DNA of 64,000 nucleotides from NCBI GenBank assembly GCA_963814375.1, contig CAWFCQ010000008.1, forward strand, positions 480,001-544,000, read 5' to 3'. The position numbers and the translations under genes are program-made. This document shows, in pieces, positions 9,647 through 21,979 of the stretch (the stretch's first letter is position 1; every line of letters begins with the position of its first letter). Below the pieces are notes generated by a model that saw nothing but the letters and a program-made list of their open reading frames with translations, ran no database searches and was not told the origin of the DNA. Source of the DNA: an uncultured Chloroflexia bacterium (GTDB lineage Bacteria; Chloroflexota; Limnocylindria; QHBO01).

Positions 9647-10748
9647 ATGACCTCGACCGTGCCGGCGACCCCGCTCTCGCGCGCAGCGACGCTGCCCTCG
9701 CGCTACTACCTCGACCCGGGCATCCTCGAGCGCGAGAAGGAATCCGTCTTCGGGCGCACCTGGCAGCTGGTGGGACGGACCGATGAGCTCCAGCGCATCG
9801 GCGACTTCGTGCCGGTCACGGTGCTGGACGAGCCCGTGGTCATCACCCACGGGCTGGATGGCGAGCTGCATGCGTTCTACAACGTCTGCCGGCACCGGGC
9901 CGGCCAGGTGGCGCTCAGCCGCGGCAACCGCAAGTCGCTCCAGTGCCGATACCACGGCTGGACCTACGGCCTCGACGGCACCCTGCGAGCCTGCCCGGAG
10001 ATGGAGGAGACCGAGGGGTTCCGCAAGGAGGACTTCGGCCTCGTCCCCGTGCGCGTGGACCGATGGGGACCGTTCGTCTTCGTCAACCTCTGGGACGATG
10101 CGCCGCCGCTGGCCGAGATGATGGGCGCCATCCCGTCCGAGGTGGCGACGGCCGGGTACGACGTCGAGCGCATGCGGCTCGTCGAGCGCCGCGACTACGT
10201 CATCGAGTGCAACTGGAAGGTGTACGTCGACAACTACCTCGAGGGATACCACCTGCCGATCGCACATCCGCAGCTCTACAAGGAGCTCGACTACGACTCC
10301 TATCGCGTCGAGGAGTTCCGGTACTACTCGAAGCAGCACGCACCGATCCGGGCGCTGAAGCCCGGCGAGGAGATCGGCGTCGATCGCCGATACCTGCGCC
10401 AGCCCGGCGTCGAGGACTCCGCCCTCTACTACTGGCTGTTCCCGAACACGATGTTCAACATCTACCAGGACAACATGTCGTCGAACGTCATCCTGCCGCT
10501 CGGTCCGGATCGAACGCTGACGATATTCGAGTGGTTCTTCGCCGACCCGGGCAGCGGGCCCGGGCTGGGAGTCGATGCAGCAGACGATCGCCTTCTCCGA
10601 CGAGATCCAGCAGGAGGACATCGTCATCTGCGAACAGGTGCAGCGCGGCCTCCGCTCCCGGGCCTACGACTCCGGCCGCTTCTCCGCCAAGCGCGAAAAC
10701 GGCGTCTACCACTTCCAGAACCTCGTCCGGGAGTTCCTCGGGGAGTAG
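9647..10748 (+). CDS. Rieske non-heme iron oxygenase alpha subunit (choline/carnitine monooxygenase-like); one frameshift near 10565
   Basis: Rieske ligands CRHRAG and CRYHGW, Fe site NYLEGYHLPIAH. C-terminal QQEDIVICEQVQRGL continues in another frame. Confidence 0.88.
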
Positions 10749-10771
10749 GAGGCGGCCGTTACCCTCGAGTC

Positions 10772-11071
10772 ATGACGGACCATCCGATGACGTACGAGGA
10801 GCTGATCGAGCTCGCGCGACGTCTCGAGGGCGAGACCCTCGAGACCGTGACCGGCAAGGCGTTCACGGTCGGCATCGCCCGTACCGGGGATGTGTTCTTC
10901 ACGCCGGCCTCGAGCGGGTACGGGCAGAGCGACGGCCGCAAGGCCGCAGAGCGCTTCCTGGCCCGCTACAACGAGACGGGCAGCATGCGCCCCGGCGACT
11001 ACGGCGACGTGTCGCGGAACGCCTCGTACCTCATCGGCATGTTGATGCGCCGGGGTACGCTCAACAGATGA
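10772..11071 (+). CDS. Hypothetical protein (99 aa)
   Basis: Clean high-GC codon usage, TACCCT 6 nt before the ATG, and an ATGA overlap with the next gene. Confidence 0.65.
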   Translation: MTDHPMTYEELIELARRLEGETLETVTGKAFTVGIARTGDVFFTPASSGYGQSDGRKAAERFLARYNETGSMRPGDYGDVSRNASYLIGMLMRRGTLNR

Positions 11072-11919
11072 CCGATGCCGCACCCACCCGCGCCGACGGC
11101 AAGCTCGCCGTCGCACTCATCTCCGAGGTCTTCTGGGAGCCCGACGGGCCGATCCGGCTCAAGGAGCGCCTGGCCGAGGCCGCGGAGCGCGGCGCCGACA
11201 TGGCAGTCCTCCCCGAGATCCCGCTCAACCCGTGGCGCCCGTCCACGAAGGAGGCGCACGACGACGACGCCGAGGCCATGGACGGAGCGCGCTCAACCGC
11301 GCAGTCGGAGGCGGCGCGGGAGGCGGGCATCGGGCTGGTGGGCGGCATCATCCATCGAGCAGAGGACGGCCGGCGAACCAGCAGAGCGCTGACGTTCGAT
11401 CGGACCGGCTCCATTGTCGCCACCTACGAGAAGCTGCACCTGCCCGAGGAGCCCGGCTTCTGGGAGACGAGCCATTACGAGCCGGGCACCGAGGCGCCGC
11501 AGCGGATCGACGCGTTCGGCGTCCCCATCGGCGTGCAGATCTGCTCGGACAACAATCGTCCGGAGGGCATGCATCTGCTGGGCGCGCAGGGTGCGATGGC
11601 GGTCGTGAACCCACGCGCCAGCGAGGAGAAGACGTATCAGCGCTGGAAGACGGTCTGGCGCGCGAACGCGCTGACGTCGTGCTGCTACGTGCTGAGCGTG
11701 AACCGGCCGCACCCCGAGGACGGCGTCCTGCTTGGCGGCCCGAGCGCCGCGTTCGACCCGAACGGCGAGCTGCTGGTCGAGACGAACGAGACGATCGCGC
11801 TCGTCACGATCGACGCGAAGGTCGTGACCGATGCGCGGCGCGCCTATCCCGGGTATCTGCCGATTCCCGCCCGCCTCTACGCCGATGCCTGGGACGCGAT
11901 CGCTCGGAGCGACGGATAG
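11068..11919 (+). CDS. Carbon-nitrogen hydrolase (nitrilase superfamily; N-carbamoylputrescine amidase/ureidopropionase-like)
   Basis: E-K-C triad in LPEI, YEKLHLPEEPGFWE and QICSD. Confidence 0.88.
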   Translation: MTDAAPTRADGKLAVALISEVFWEPDGPIRLKERLAEAAERGADMAVLPEIPLNPWRPSTKEAHDDDAEAMDGARSTAQSEAAREAGIGLVGGIIHRAEDGRRTSRALTFDRTGSIVATYEKLHLPEEPGFWETSHYEPGTEAPQRIDAFGVPIGVQICSDNNRPEGMHLLGAQGAMAVVNPRASEEKTYQRWKTVWRANALTSCCYVLSVNRPHPEDGVLLGGPSAAFDPNGELLVETNETIALVTIDAKVVTDARRAYPGYLPIPARLYADAWDAIARSDG

Positions 11920-11928
11920 GGGAGGGCG

Positions 11929-12632
11929 TCAGCCGTCGGCGAGGCGGAACTGTCCACGGCCGATGAGGGTCGTCCCGACGTAGATCCGCATCTCGTACAC
12001 GCCCGGGCCCCCAGTCACGCACGAAGTTGGCCGCATCGCCCGCAACGAAGCCGGCCGTGGTGCCCTCGGGATCGACCCCGAGCTGGTTGCCTGCCGGCGC
12101 CACGATCTGCTCGCCGTCGGTGCCGTCCTCGTTGAGGCGCACGATCTCCTCGCCGATCGTCGCCGCTCCGAAGGGCTGAGTCGAGGTGATCGAATGCGCG
12201 AAGGTCATGCCCGGAGTGAAGGTGTCGACCGGGCTGACGACCACGCGATTGCCGTCGAGCTCCGTACCGAAGGCGACGGTCGCCGGCAGCGGCACCGGCG
12301 TTGGGGTCGGGACGGCGGTCGCGCTGACGGATGGCGCGACTGACAGCGACGGCGTCGGGAGCGGAGTGGGTGACGGCGTGGGCGTTGCCTCGCCGACGGT
12401 GGATTCGGTCGGGTTGAGGCTCGAGAGGAAGAGGCCCACGAATACCGCGGCCAGGATCGTTCCGATGACGGCGCCCATCGAAATCAGCGAGTCCCGGTCG
12501 GTGGGAAACCGCCCCGATCGGCACGATCCGCGCCTCGCCGTGACGGAGGGCCACTCCGCACGATCGGCACACCTGCGCCCACTCCGGGTTGGAGCGTCCG
12601 CAGTTGAAGCAATCGACGGACTCGTCGGTCAT
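11929..12632 (-). CDS. Zinc-ribbon/single-TM/Pro-Thr linker membrane protein, with two apparent frameshifts
   Basis: CFNCG...CRSCG, a TM segment, a PTPSPTPLPTPS linker and a beta-rich C-terminus, split over frames near 12515 and 12010. Confidence 0.65.
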
Positions 12633-12930
12633 GGGCGCTCAAAGGGTCCTTGATCTGGGTTCCGGGGGTGGGCGGCGAAAGCCTAGCACGCAGTAAGGCC
12701 GCCGGCGGTGAGAACGCCGACGGCCAATGGCCGGCCCCGCAACGGGCCGGTCATCTCCGGAGTCTAGCGAAGCGCCGCCGCGCCTACGTCATCCCGCCCG
12801 AACCGATCGGACCATCCTCCATGCGCCGGTGCGGACGCCTGCCCGATGGCCCGGCAGAGCTCCTCCCGCCGATGATCTCTGTGCCCGGCGCGCTCGCGCC
12901 GGCGGATGCATGGATCAGGAGGTCCTCGAG

Positions 12931-13101
12931 ATGAACGGAACACCGACTCCCCGCGTCGCGCGCTCCGTGCAGCTCGCGGTCCTGGCCGCGCCGACGACGA
13001 GCGTCGTCGAGGCCGTGGCCGAGGCCCGGCGGCGGCACGGAACCGTCGTCGACTGGATTGCCGATCGCGTGCAGCCTCGCCTGGTGCTCGCGACGGCCTG
13101 A
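12931..13101 (+). CDS. Small hypothetical protein (56 aa)
   Basis: Strong AGGAGG SD before ATG 12931. Lies directly upstream of kdpD. Confidence 0.55.
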   Translation: MNGTPTPRVARSVQLAVLAAPTTSVVEAVAEARRRHGTVVDWIADRVQPRLVLATA

Positions 13102-13135
13102 TCCTCGTCGCTTGGCGACGCCATAGAATCGGGGC

Positions 13136-14706
13136 GTGTCTCGAGACTCGCGGTTGAGCGGCTGGCCGCTCGACCACCCTCGCGGTGATCGGCGCGCTTG
13201 CACTGTCGACGGCGCTCGTGGCGCTGATCGAGTCGGTGCTCGGCATCGACAACGCCTCCGCGGTCTACCTGCTGGCCGTTTCGATCCTCGCGCTCCGGCT
13301 CGGGACGTGGCCGGCCGTTGCCGGGTCGATCGGGGCGTTCCTCACGTACAACTTCCTCTTCGTCGAGCCGCGCTTCACGCTGACGGTGTCGCGCCCCGAG
13401 GAGGTGCTGACGCTGCTTTCTGCTGCTCTTCGTCGGCGTGATCATGAGCCGGCTCGCCGGCAGCCAGCGAGCGCGCGAACAGGAGTCGCTCCGTCGCGAG
13501 CGCGAGGCTCGGGCACTCGCCGGCATCAGCCGGGAGCTGGTCCGGTCGGAGCGCCTCGCGGACGCGATGAACGTCGTGACGCCGGCGCCTGGTCGAGGAG
13601 ACGATGATGGAGCGCGTCTGGATCGGTCTGGGGCGGACCGTCGCGACCGAGCGCGTCGCAGGAGACTCCGGTCCGGGACGAGCCCCTGCCCGTCCACCAC
13701 GGATCGCATCACGTCCTCCAGCGCGATCGTGCCGAGGGGTCGACAACGTGGACCCGCATCCATCCGGCGGCAGGGACGCGCGTGCCGACCGGAGTCGCCG
13801 CCCGCCCGCGGCCTCTACCGCATCGAGCTGCGCGCCGGCGACGATGTCATCGGATCGCTGTGGGCACGTCCGAGGCACCGACGGAGCAGCCGCACGTCGA
13901 GGAGAGCCGGTTGCTTGCCGCGGCCGCCGATCAGATGGGGGCGGCGGTCCGCCGTGATCGGCTCCTGGCGCAGGCTGCCGAGCTCGAGATCGCCCGACGC
14001 AGCGACGAGCTGAAGTCGGCCCTCGTCGACTCGGTCTCGCACGACCTCCGCACGCCGCTTGCGACGATCCGCGCGGCCGCCGGGAGCCTGGCGGACCCGA
14101 CGATCGACCTGCCGGCCGATGAGCGACGCGCCATCGCGGCGGCGATCGACGCCGAGGCGGCTCGCCTCAACCTCCTCGTCGGTGACCTGCTCGACATGAG
14201 CCGCATTCAGGGCGGCGCGCTCGTTCCGGACATCGAGGTCATCCCGCTCGCGGAGCTCGTCGGTCCCGCCGTCGAGCGCGCCTCGGCCGCGGTCGACAAC
14301 CGGCCGATACAGGTCGACCTGCCGGACGACCTGCCGGAGGTCCAGGCCGATGCGGCACTCCTCGACCAGGTCGTGTCGAACCTGCTCGACAACGCGGTCA
14401 AGTACGCGGGCGACGATGCGCCGATCCGTCTGACCGCCGAGGCGCTCGCCGATGACAGGGTCTCCCTGACGGTCGAGGACGGAGGGCCGGGCGTGCCGGA
14501 CAACGCGCTCGCGACGATCTTCGAGCGATTCGCCCGCATCGATCGGCCCGAGGATCGCGCACGTCGGGGCTTCGGGCTGGGCCTCGCGGTCGTTCGCGGG
14601 CTGGTCGAAGCGATGGGCGGATCGGTCCGGGCGGCGCGGAGCGAGATGGGCGGGCTCGCGGTCACGGTGACGCTTCCGGCGCACGCGGCCGCCGACGGTC
14701 TCGTGA
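13136..14706 (+). CDS. kdpD: KdpD-type sensor kinase, C-terminal part (4 TM, GAF-like, HisKA, HATPase); several frameshifts
   Basis: YNFLFVEPRFTLTV TM motif, SVSHDLRTPLATI H-box, NLLDNAVKY, DGGPG and GFGLGL. Lacks the N-terminal KdpD/Usp domains. Confidence 0.85.
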
Positions 14707-15437
14707 CAGCGGACGGGGCGCCGCGCCTCCTGCTGGTCGAGGACGACCACGCGACCCGTGGAGCGCTTGCGACGAACCTGCGCGGACACGACTACCGCGT
14801 GACTGAGGCAGCAGACGGCGAAGAGGCGTTGCGATCCTGGGAGCAGGGGCGCCCGGACCTCATCCTGCTCGATCTCGGCCTTCCGGGCATCGACGGCCTC
14901 TCCGTCGTCCAACGCGTGCGTCGCGACGCGACGACGCCGATCATCGTGCTCTCGGCCCGGGACCAGGAGCGCGACAAGGTCGCGGCACTCGATGCGGGCG
15001 CCGATGACTACCTCACCAAGCCGTTCGGCATGGAGGAGCTCCATGCGCGCGTGCGCGCTGCGCTCCGGCGGGCGCTCGCTCCGGCGGCGGCACCGGATGG
15101 CCGCGTGCTGCTCGGGCCGCTGGCCCTGGATCCGGCACGCCGCCGGGTCGCGGTGGCCGAGCGCGAGGTGCATCTCACGCCCCGCGAGTACGAGCTGCTC
15201 AAGACGCTGCTGGCCAACACCGGCCGTGTGGTTGGGCGCGGGCGGCTCCTGCGCGCGGTGTGGGGGACCGACTACGTCCACGAGGGTCACTACCTCCACG
15301 TCCACGTCGCCGCCATCCGGCGCAAGCTCGCCGCGGCCGACGAGACCGGGGTCCTGCGCGGCTTGATCGTCGCCGAGCCAGGCGTCGGTTACCGCGTGCG
15401 TGACGCCGAAGAGCTGGGGATCGCCGCGGGATCTTGA
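14703..15437 (+). CDS. kdpE: KdpE response regulator (OmpR family)
   Basis: LLVEDD, DLILLDLGLP, DKVAALDAGADDYLTKPFG, EPGVGYR. Confidence 0.92.
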   Translation: MTADGAPRLLLVEDDHATRGALATNLRGHDYRVTEAADGEEALRSWEQGRPDLILLDLGLPGIDGLSVVQRVRRDATTPIIVLSARDQERDKVAALDAGADDYLTKPFGMEELHARVRAALRRALAPAAAPDGRVLLGPLALDPARRRVAVAEREVHLTPREYELLKTLLANTGRVVGRGRLLRAVWGTDYVHEGHYLHVHVAAIRRKLAAADETGVLRGLIVAEPGVGYRVRDAEELGIAAGS

Positions 15438-15463
15438 GCGCTTCTTGAGCGCCTGCTGACCGC
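15432..15463 (+). promoter_or_regulatory. Tandem direct repeats at 11-bp period, probable KdpE binding site
   Basis: TCTTGAGCGC at 15432 and 15443 and degenerate TGCTGACCGC at 15454, upstream of a CAGTGT-N6-ATG start of the kdp operon. Confidence 0.6.
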
Positions 15464-15507
15464 TCGGGTGGCCGCTGCCTCTTGGGCCGTCGCGTCAGTG
15501 TGGACTC

Positions 15508-15756
15508 ATGGTTGATACAGCGGCCGACGAGGTCGCCCACATCGGAGAGGCACTGGCATCGGTCCGTGCCGCCGTCGACGTCGTGGCCAGCGGCGCCGCC
15601 CGCCGGGTCGTCGTGCATGCCATCACGTGCGAGCAGATTCTCCCGGCGGCGCGCGCCCTCGCGCGCACCGCGCGGGTCGACATCGAGCCGATCTGGTGGA
15701 CCGATGACGCGGGCTGCGACATCGTCGTCAGCTCGCGCTCCGCGCCGGATGAGTGA
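15508..15756 (+). CDS. Hypothetical protein (82 aa), first gene of the kdp operon
   Basis: Leaderless-type start. Overlaps the start of the next gene. Confidence 0.6.
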   Translation: MVDTAADEVAHIGEALASVRAAVDVVASGAARRVVVHAITCEQILPAARALARTARVDIEPIWWTDDAGCDIVVSSRSAPDE

Positions 15757-16120
15757 CCCTGGCGAGGTCCTCCTCGTCGAGGATGACGCGCTCCTCGCTG
15801 GCATCGTCCAGCGGTACCTCGACGCCCACGGACACCCGACGCGGGTCGTCGGCACCGCCGAAGAGGCGGACGACGTCATCCGCACCGACCCGCCCTCACT
15901 CGTCCTCGTCGACGTGAATCTACCCGGCGAGACCGGCTGGTCGGTGCTGCGCTCAGCGGCCATGTGCGCCCCCGATGCGCCCCCAGCCGTGATCGTCAGT
16001 GCCGGCATCGTGAACCCCCGTCGGCTCCGGGAGTCGGGGGCGGCCGGCTACCTGCCGAAACCCTTTCCCCTCGAGACCCTTCTCGCGACGGTCCGTCGCT
16101 TCACCAGCGGGTGGCCGTGA
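15749..16120 (+). CDS. Stand-alone response regulator receiver domain (CheY-like)
   Basis: LLVEDD, LVLVDVNLP, VSA and YLPKPF, with no output domain. Confidence 0.85.
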   Translation: MSDPGEVLLVEDDALLAGIVQRYLDAHGHPTRVVGTAEEADDVIRTDPPSLVLVDVNLPGETGWSVLRSAAMCAPDAPPAVIVSAGIVNPRRLRESGAAGYLPKPFPLETLLATVRRFTSGWP

Positions 16121-16209
16121 TGGATGACATCCTGCTCATCGGTCTCGTGCTCGTGCTGGGGCTCGTCTTCATCGGCTACGTCGCGCTCTGCGAGCGCCTC
16201 GCTCGATGA
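16120..16209 (+). CDS. 29-aa hydrophobic peptide upstream of kdpF (MDDILLIGLVLVLGLVFIGYVALCERLAR)
   Basis: TGATG overlap with the receiver gene and ATGA overlap with kdpF. Single TM helix ending in CERL. Confidence 0.7.
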   Translation: MDDILLIGLVLVLGLVFIGYVALCERLAR

Positions 16210-16295
16210 GCCTCATCGACGTCGTCGCGGCCGTCGTCGCGGCTGGGCTGCTCGTGTACCTCGTCGTGGCGCTGCTTCGCGCCGAGGAGCTCTGA
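16206..16295 (+). CDS. kdpF: K+-transporting ATPase subunit F
   Basis: Read by hand: MSLIDVVAAVVAAGLLVYLVVALLRAEEL. Has the KdpF-type YL..AL...E C-terminus and lies immediately before kdpA. Confidence 0.85.
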   Translation: MSLIDVVAAVVAAGLLVYLVVALLRAEEL

Positions 16296-16297
16296 CC

Positions 16298-18016
16298 GTG
16301 GCCGGCCTCGTTCCGGATCTCGTCGAGACGCTCACGCTGCTGCTGATCGTCGGGGTCCTCGCCGTGCCGCTCGGCGGGTACATCGCGCGCGTGCTCTCCG
16401 GGGAGCGCACCGTTCCTCTCACCGGTGCTCGCTCCGGTCGAGCGGGGGATCTACCGCGTGCTCGGGGTCGATCCCGAGCGCGAGCAGCGATGGACCGCGT
16501 ACGCGGTCTCCGTCCTCCTGTTCGCCGTCGCGTCGATCGTCGGGCTCTACCTCATGCAGCGGCTCCAGGGCCTGCTGCCGTTCAACCCGGCGGGGTTCGA
16601 GGGAGTGGCGCCCGACCTCGCCTTCAACACCGCCATCAGCTTCGTGACGAACACGAACTGGCAGGCGTATTCGGGCGAGTCGACGATGTCGCACGCCACC
16701 CAGGTCGCCGGCCTCGCGGTCCAGAACTTCGTCTCGGCCGCGACCGGGATCGCCGTCGCGATCGCCCTGACCCGCGGCCTCGCACGGCGAAGCCAGGAGA
16801 CCATCGGCAACTTCTGGGTCGACCTGACCCGCTCGACCCTCTACATCCTCCTGCCGATCGCCTTCGTCGCCGCGATCGTTCTGGTCAGCCAGGGCGTGAT
16901 CCAGACCTGGTCCGGGCCGGTCGACGGTCACCACGCTGCAGGGCTCCGAGCAGACGCTGGCCGTCGGGCCGCTCGCCGGCCACGAGGCGATCAAGGATCT
17001 CGGCACGAACGGCGGCGGGCCGTTCAATGCCAACTCCGCCCATCCCTTCGAGAGCCCGAACGGATTCACGAACTGGTTCGAGATCGTCCTCCTGCTCGTC
17101 ATCCCGTTTGCCCTGACGAACACCTATGGGCGCCTCGTCGGGGATCGCGCGCCAGGGATGGGTCCTCTTCGCGGCGATGATGTCGGTCCTCGTCGTCGCC
17201 ATCGGCGTCGCCGCGTTCGTCGAGCTCGGAGGGAACACGCTCTTCCCGACGCGATGTCATGCAGGCCGCCGGCAACATGGAGGGCAAGGAGGCCCGCTTC
17301 GGCTCGTTCGTGAGCGGCACGTTCGCCGCCTCCACGACGGGGACGAGCACGGGATCGGTCAACTCGATGCACGCCAGCTTCGTCCCGATCGCGGGGATGG
17401 TCCCGATGGCGCTCATGCTCCTCGGCGAGGTCACGCCCGGCGGCGTCGGCGCGGGCCTCTACGGGATCCTCATCTTCGTCATCCTCGCCGTCTTCATCGC
17501 CGGCCTCATGGTCGGGCGCACGCCTGAGTACCTGGGCAAGAAGATCGAGGCGTTCGAGATGAAGATGGTGCTCCTCGCCGTCCTCGCGACTGCGACAAGC
17601 ATCCTCTTCTTCAGCGCGCTCGCATCGGTCACGACCGATGGCCTCGCCGGCCCGGCGAACGTCCGGGCCGCACGGCTTCAGCGAGATTCTCTACGCGTTC
17701 ACCAGCCAATCGGCCAACAACGGATCGTGCTTCTGCAGCCTGAGCGCGAACAGCGGGTACTACAACATCACGGGCGGCCTCGCCCTCTTCATCGGCCGGT
17801 TCGCGACGATCGTGCCGATTCTGGCGATCGCCGGGTCGATGGTCGGGAAGCGCAGCGTCGCGCCGTCGCTGGGCACCTTCCCGACGACCGGGCCGCTCTT
17901 CGTCGGGCTCCTCGTCGCGACGATCGTGATCGTCGGCGCGCTCACGTTCTTCCCGGCCCTCGCGCTCGGCCCGATCGTCGAGCAGCTGCATCCTCGAGAG
18001 CGGGAGGCTCCTCTAG
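16298..18016 (+). CDS. kdpA: K+-transporting ATPase subunit A (multiple frameshifts)
   Basis: [43 protein letters not shown] and [12 protein letters not shown], spread across frames. Confidence 0.92.
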
Positions 18017-18021
18017 GTCCG

Positions 18022-20197
<2,176 letters not shown>

Positions 20198-20206
20198 GGA
20201 GACCGA

Positions 20207-20792
20207 GTGATCACCATCCTTCGCACCCAGCTCTGGCCGGCGATCGGCGCGCTGCTGCTGCTGACGCTGCTGACCGGCGTGCTGTACCCCGCGGCGGTCA
20301 CGCTCGTCGGCCAGGTCGCCTTCAACGACCAGGCCAATGGCTCGCTGATCGAGGTCAACGGCGCCGCGGTCGGCTCGGCCCTCATCGGTCAGTCCTTCGA
20401 CGACCCGACGTACTTCTGGTCGCGGCCATCCGCGGCCGGCGACGGCTACGACGGCCTCGCCTCGTCCGGTTCGAACCTGGCGCCGACGAGCGCGGACGCT
20501 GCTCGCGCGGATCACTGCCGAGGTCGAGCGGCTTCAGGACCGCTCACGGCGACGCGCCGATCCCGGTCGACCTGGTGACCACGTCCGCCTCGGGCCTCGA
20601 CCCGCACATCAGCGTCGACGCGGCCGAGTACCAGGCGGCGCGGGTCGCCGAGACGCGAGGGCTCGAGCCTCGACGACGTGACGGCGGCCATCGATCGGCA
20701 CACCGACCAGCCGTTGCTCGGCTTCCTCGGCGAGCCGGTCGTGAACGTGCTCGGATCTCAACCTCGACCTCGACGGGCTGACCGATGACTGA
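20207..20792 (+). CDS. kdpC: K+-transporting ATPase subunit C (multiple frameshifts)
   Basis: N-terminal [35 protein letters not shown]. Confidence 0.92.
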
Positions 20793-21969
20793 CGACGTGC
20801 GGGAGGGCCGCCCAACCGGCGACGAGATGCTTCGGCGCCTCGAGACCGGAGGGCGAGGTCGCGCACCAGGGGCAGGCTCCGCGTCTACCTCGGCATGGCG
20901 CCCGGCGTCGGGAAGACCTTCGAGATGCTCCAGGAGGCGCATCGGCGTGTGCCCGCGGCACCGACCTCGTCGTCGGCTTCGTCGAAGCGCACGGCAGGCC
21001 GCGGACCGAGGAGCTGCTCGACGGTCTCGAGATCCTCCCGCGCGCGCGCATCGAGTACCGAGGCGTGACGCTGGAGGAGATGGACACCGATGCGGTGATC
21101 GCGCGAAAGCCGGCGGTCGCGCTCGTGGACGAGCTGGCCCACACGAACGCGCCGGGCTCACCGCGAGCGAAGCGCTGGGAGGACGTCGAGCTGATCCGGG
21201 ATGCCGGGATCGACGTCGTCAGCACCTGCAACGTCCAGCACCTGGAGTCTGTCGCCGATGCGGTCGCGACGATCATTGGCGCGCCCGTGCACGAGCGACT
21301 CCCCGACGAGGTCCTGCTTGCCGCGGACGAGATCGAGCTAGTCGACATGAGCCCGCGCGCCCTCCGTCAGCGGCTGCGTCACGGCAACGTGTACGGCGCG
21401 GACCGCGCACAGACTGCGCTCGATCGCTTCTTCACCGAGGCCAATCTCACGGCGCTGCGCGAGCTCGCGCTGCGGTACACGGCCGAGCGCGTCGACGCGC
21501 AGCTCGAGGGGATCATGGCGCAGCGCGTCGATACCGCCTCGTGGCCGGTCCGCGAGCGGCTGCTCCTGGTGGTGGACCACCGGAAGTCGTCGCTGGTCGC
21601 GGCCCGTCGTGCCGCGAGCCTCGCCGCTGCCCTGCGCGCGCCGCTGATCGTCGTCGCCGCCGAGCCCGAGACCGCCGAGCGACTCCCGCGCGACAAGGCG
21701 CAGGACATCCGTGAGCATCTCGAGTTCGCCGAGGAGCTCGGCGCAACGGTCGTGCATCCCGAGGCGCAGCGCACCGATCGACCGCATCGCCGAGGTGGCC
21801 CGAGACCGCCATTCGACCCAGCTCATCCTCGGCCCGCGATCTCGCGGCGGACCGCCCCGGCCTGATGCGGCGAAGCTTCGCGGACGAGCTCGAGCGCCGA
21901 CTGCCGGACCTGGAGCTGCATCTCATCCGCGCGCCCGATCGGCAATCCGAAGCTGGCTCGCCAGAGTGA
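20785..21969 (+). CDS. Stand-alone N-terminal KdpD sensor domain plus Usp-like domain (frameshifted)
   Basis: LRVYLGMAPGVGKTF, VDELAHTNAPGS, NVQHLES and FFTEANLTALRELAL, followed by a Usp-like segment. No TM or kinase. Confidence 0.87.
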
Positions 21970-21979
21970 GTGGCCCGGC

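Noticed and set aside
12658-12672. GGTTCCGGGGGTGGG resembling the tRNA-Leu 3' end (possible att duplicate bounding the kdp block)
   Set aside because: Only 14 of 15 bases match and the sequence is G-rich. It also occurs inside pyrF (~60005), and no integrase is present. Not supportable without comparative data.
12700-12930. c-di-AMP (ydaO) riboswitch upstream of the kdp/kimA genes
   Set aside because: Only a CCCGAACC fragment resembles the consensus. I did not see the GCTGAATCC, GGGGTGAAT or CAGCTAAC elements. An Infernal search would be decisive.
13782-15437. Apparent KdpD-KdpE hybrid fusion in one ORF
   Set aside because: A GTGA start/stop overlap sits at the junction (14703-14706). One extra base upstream, the dominant error type here, would explain the fusion. 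Needs a read check.
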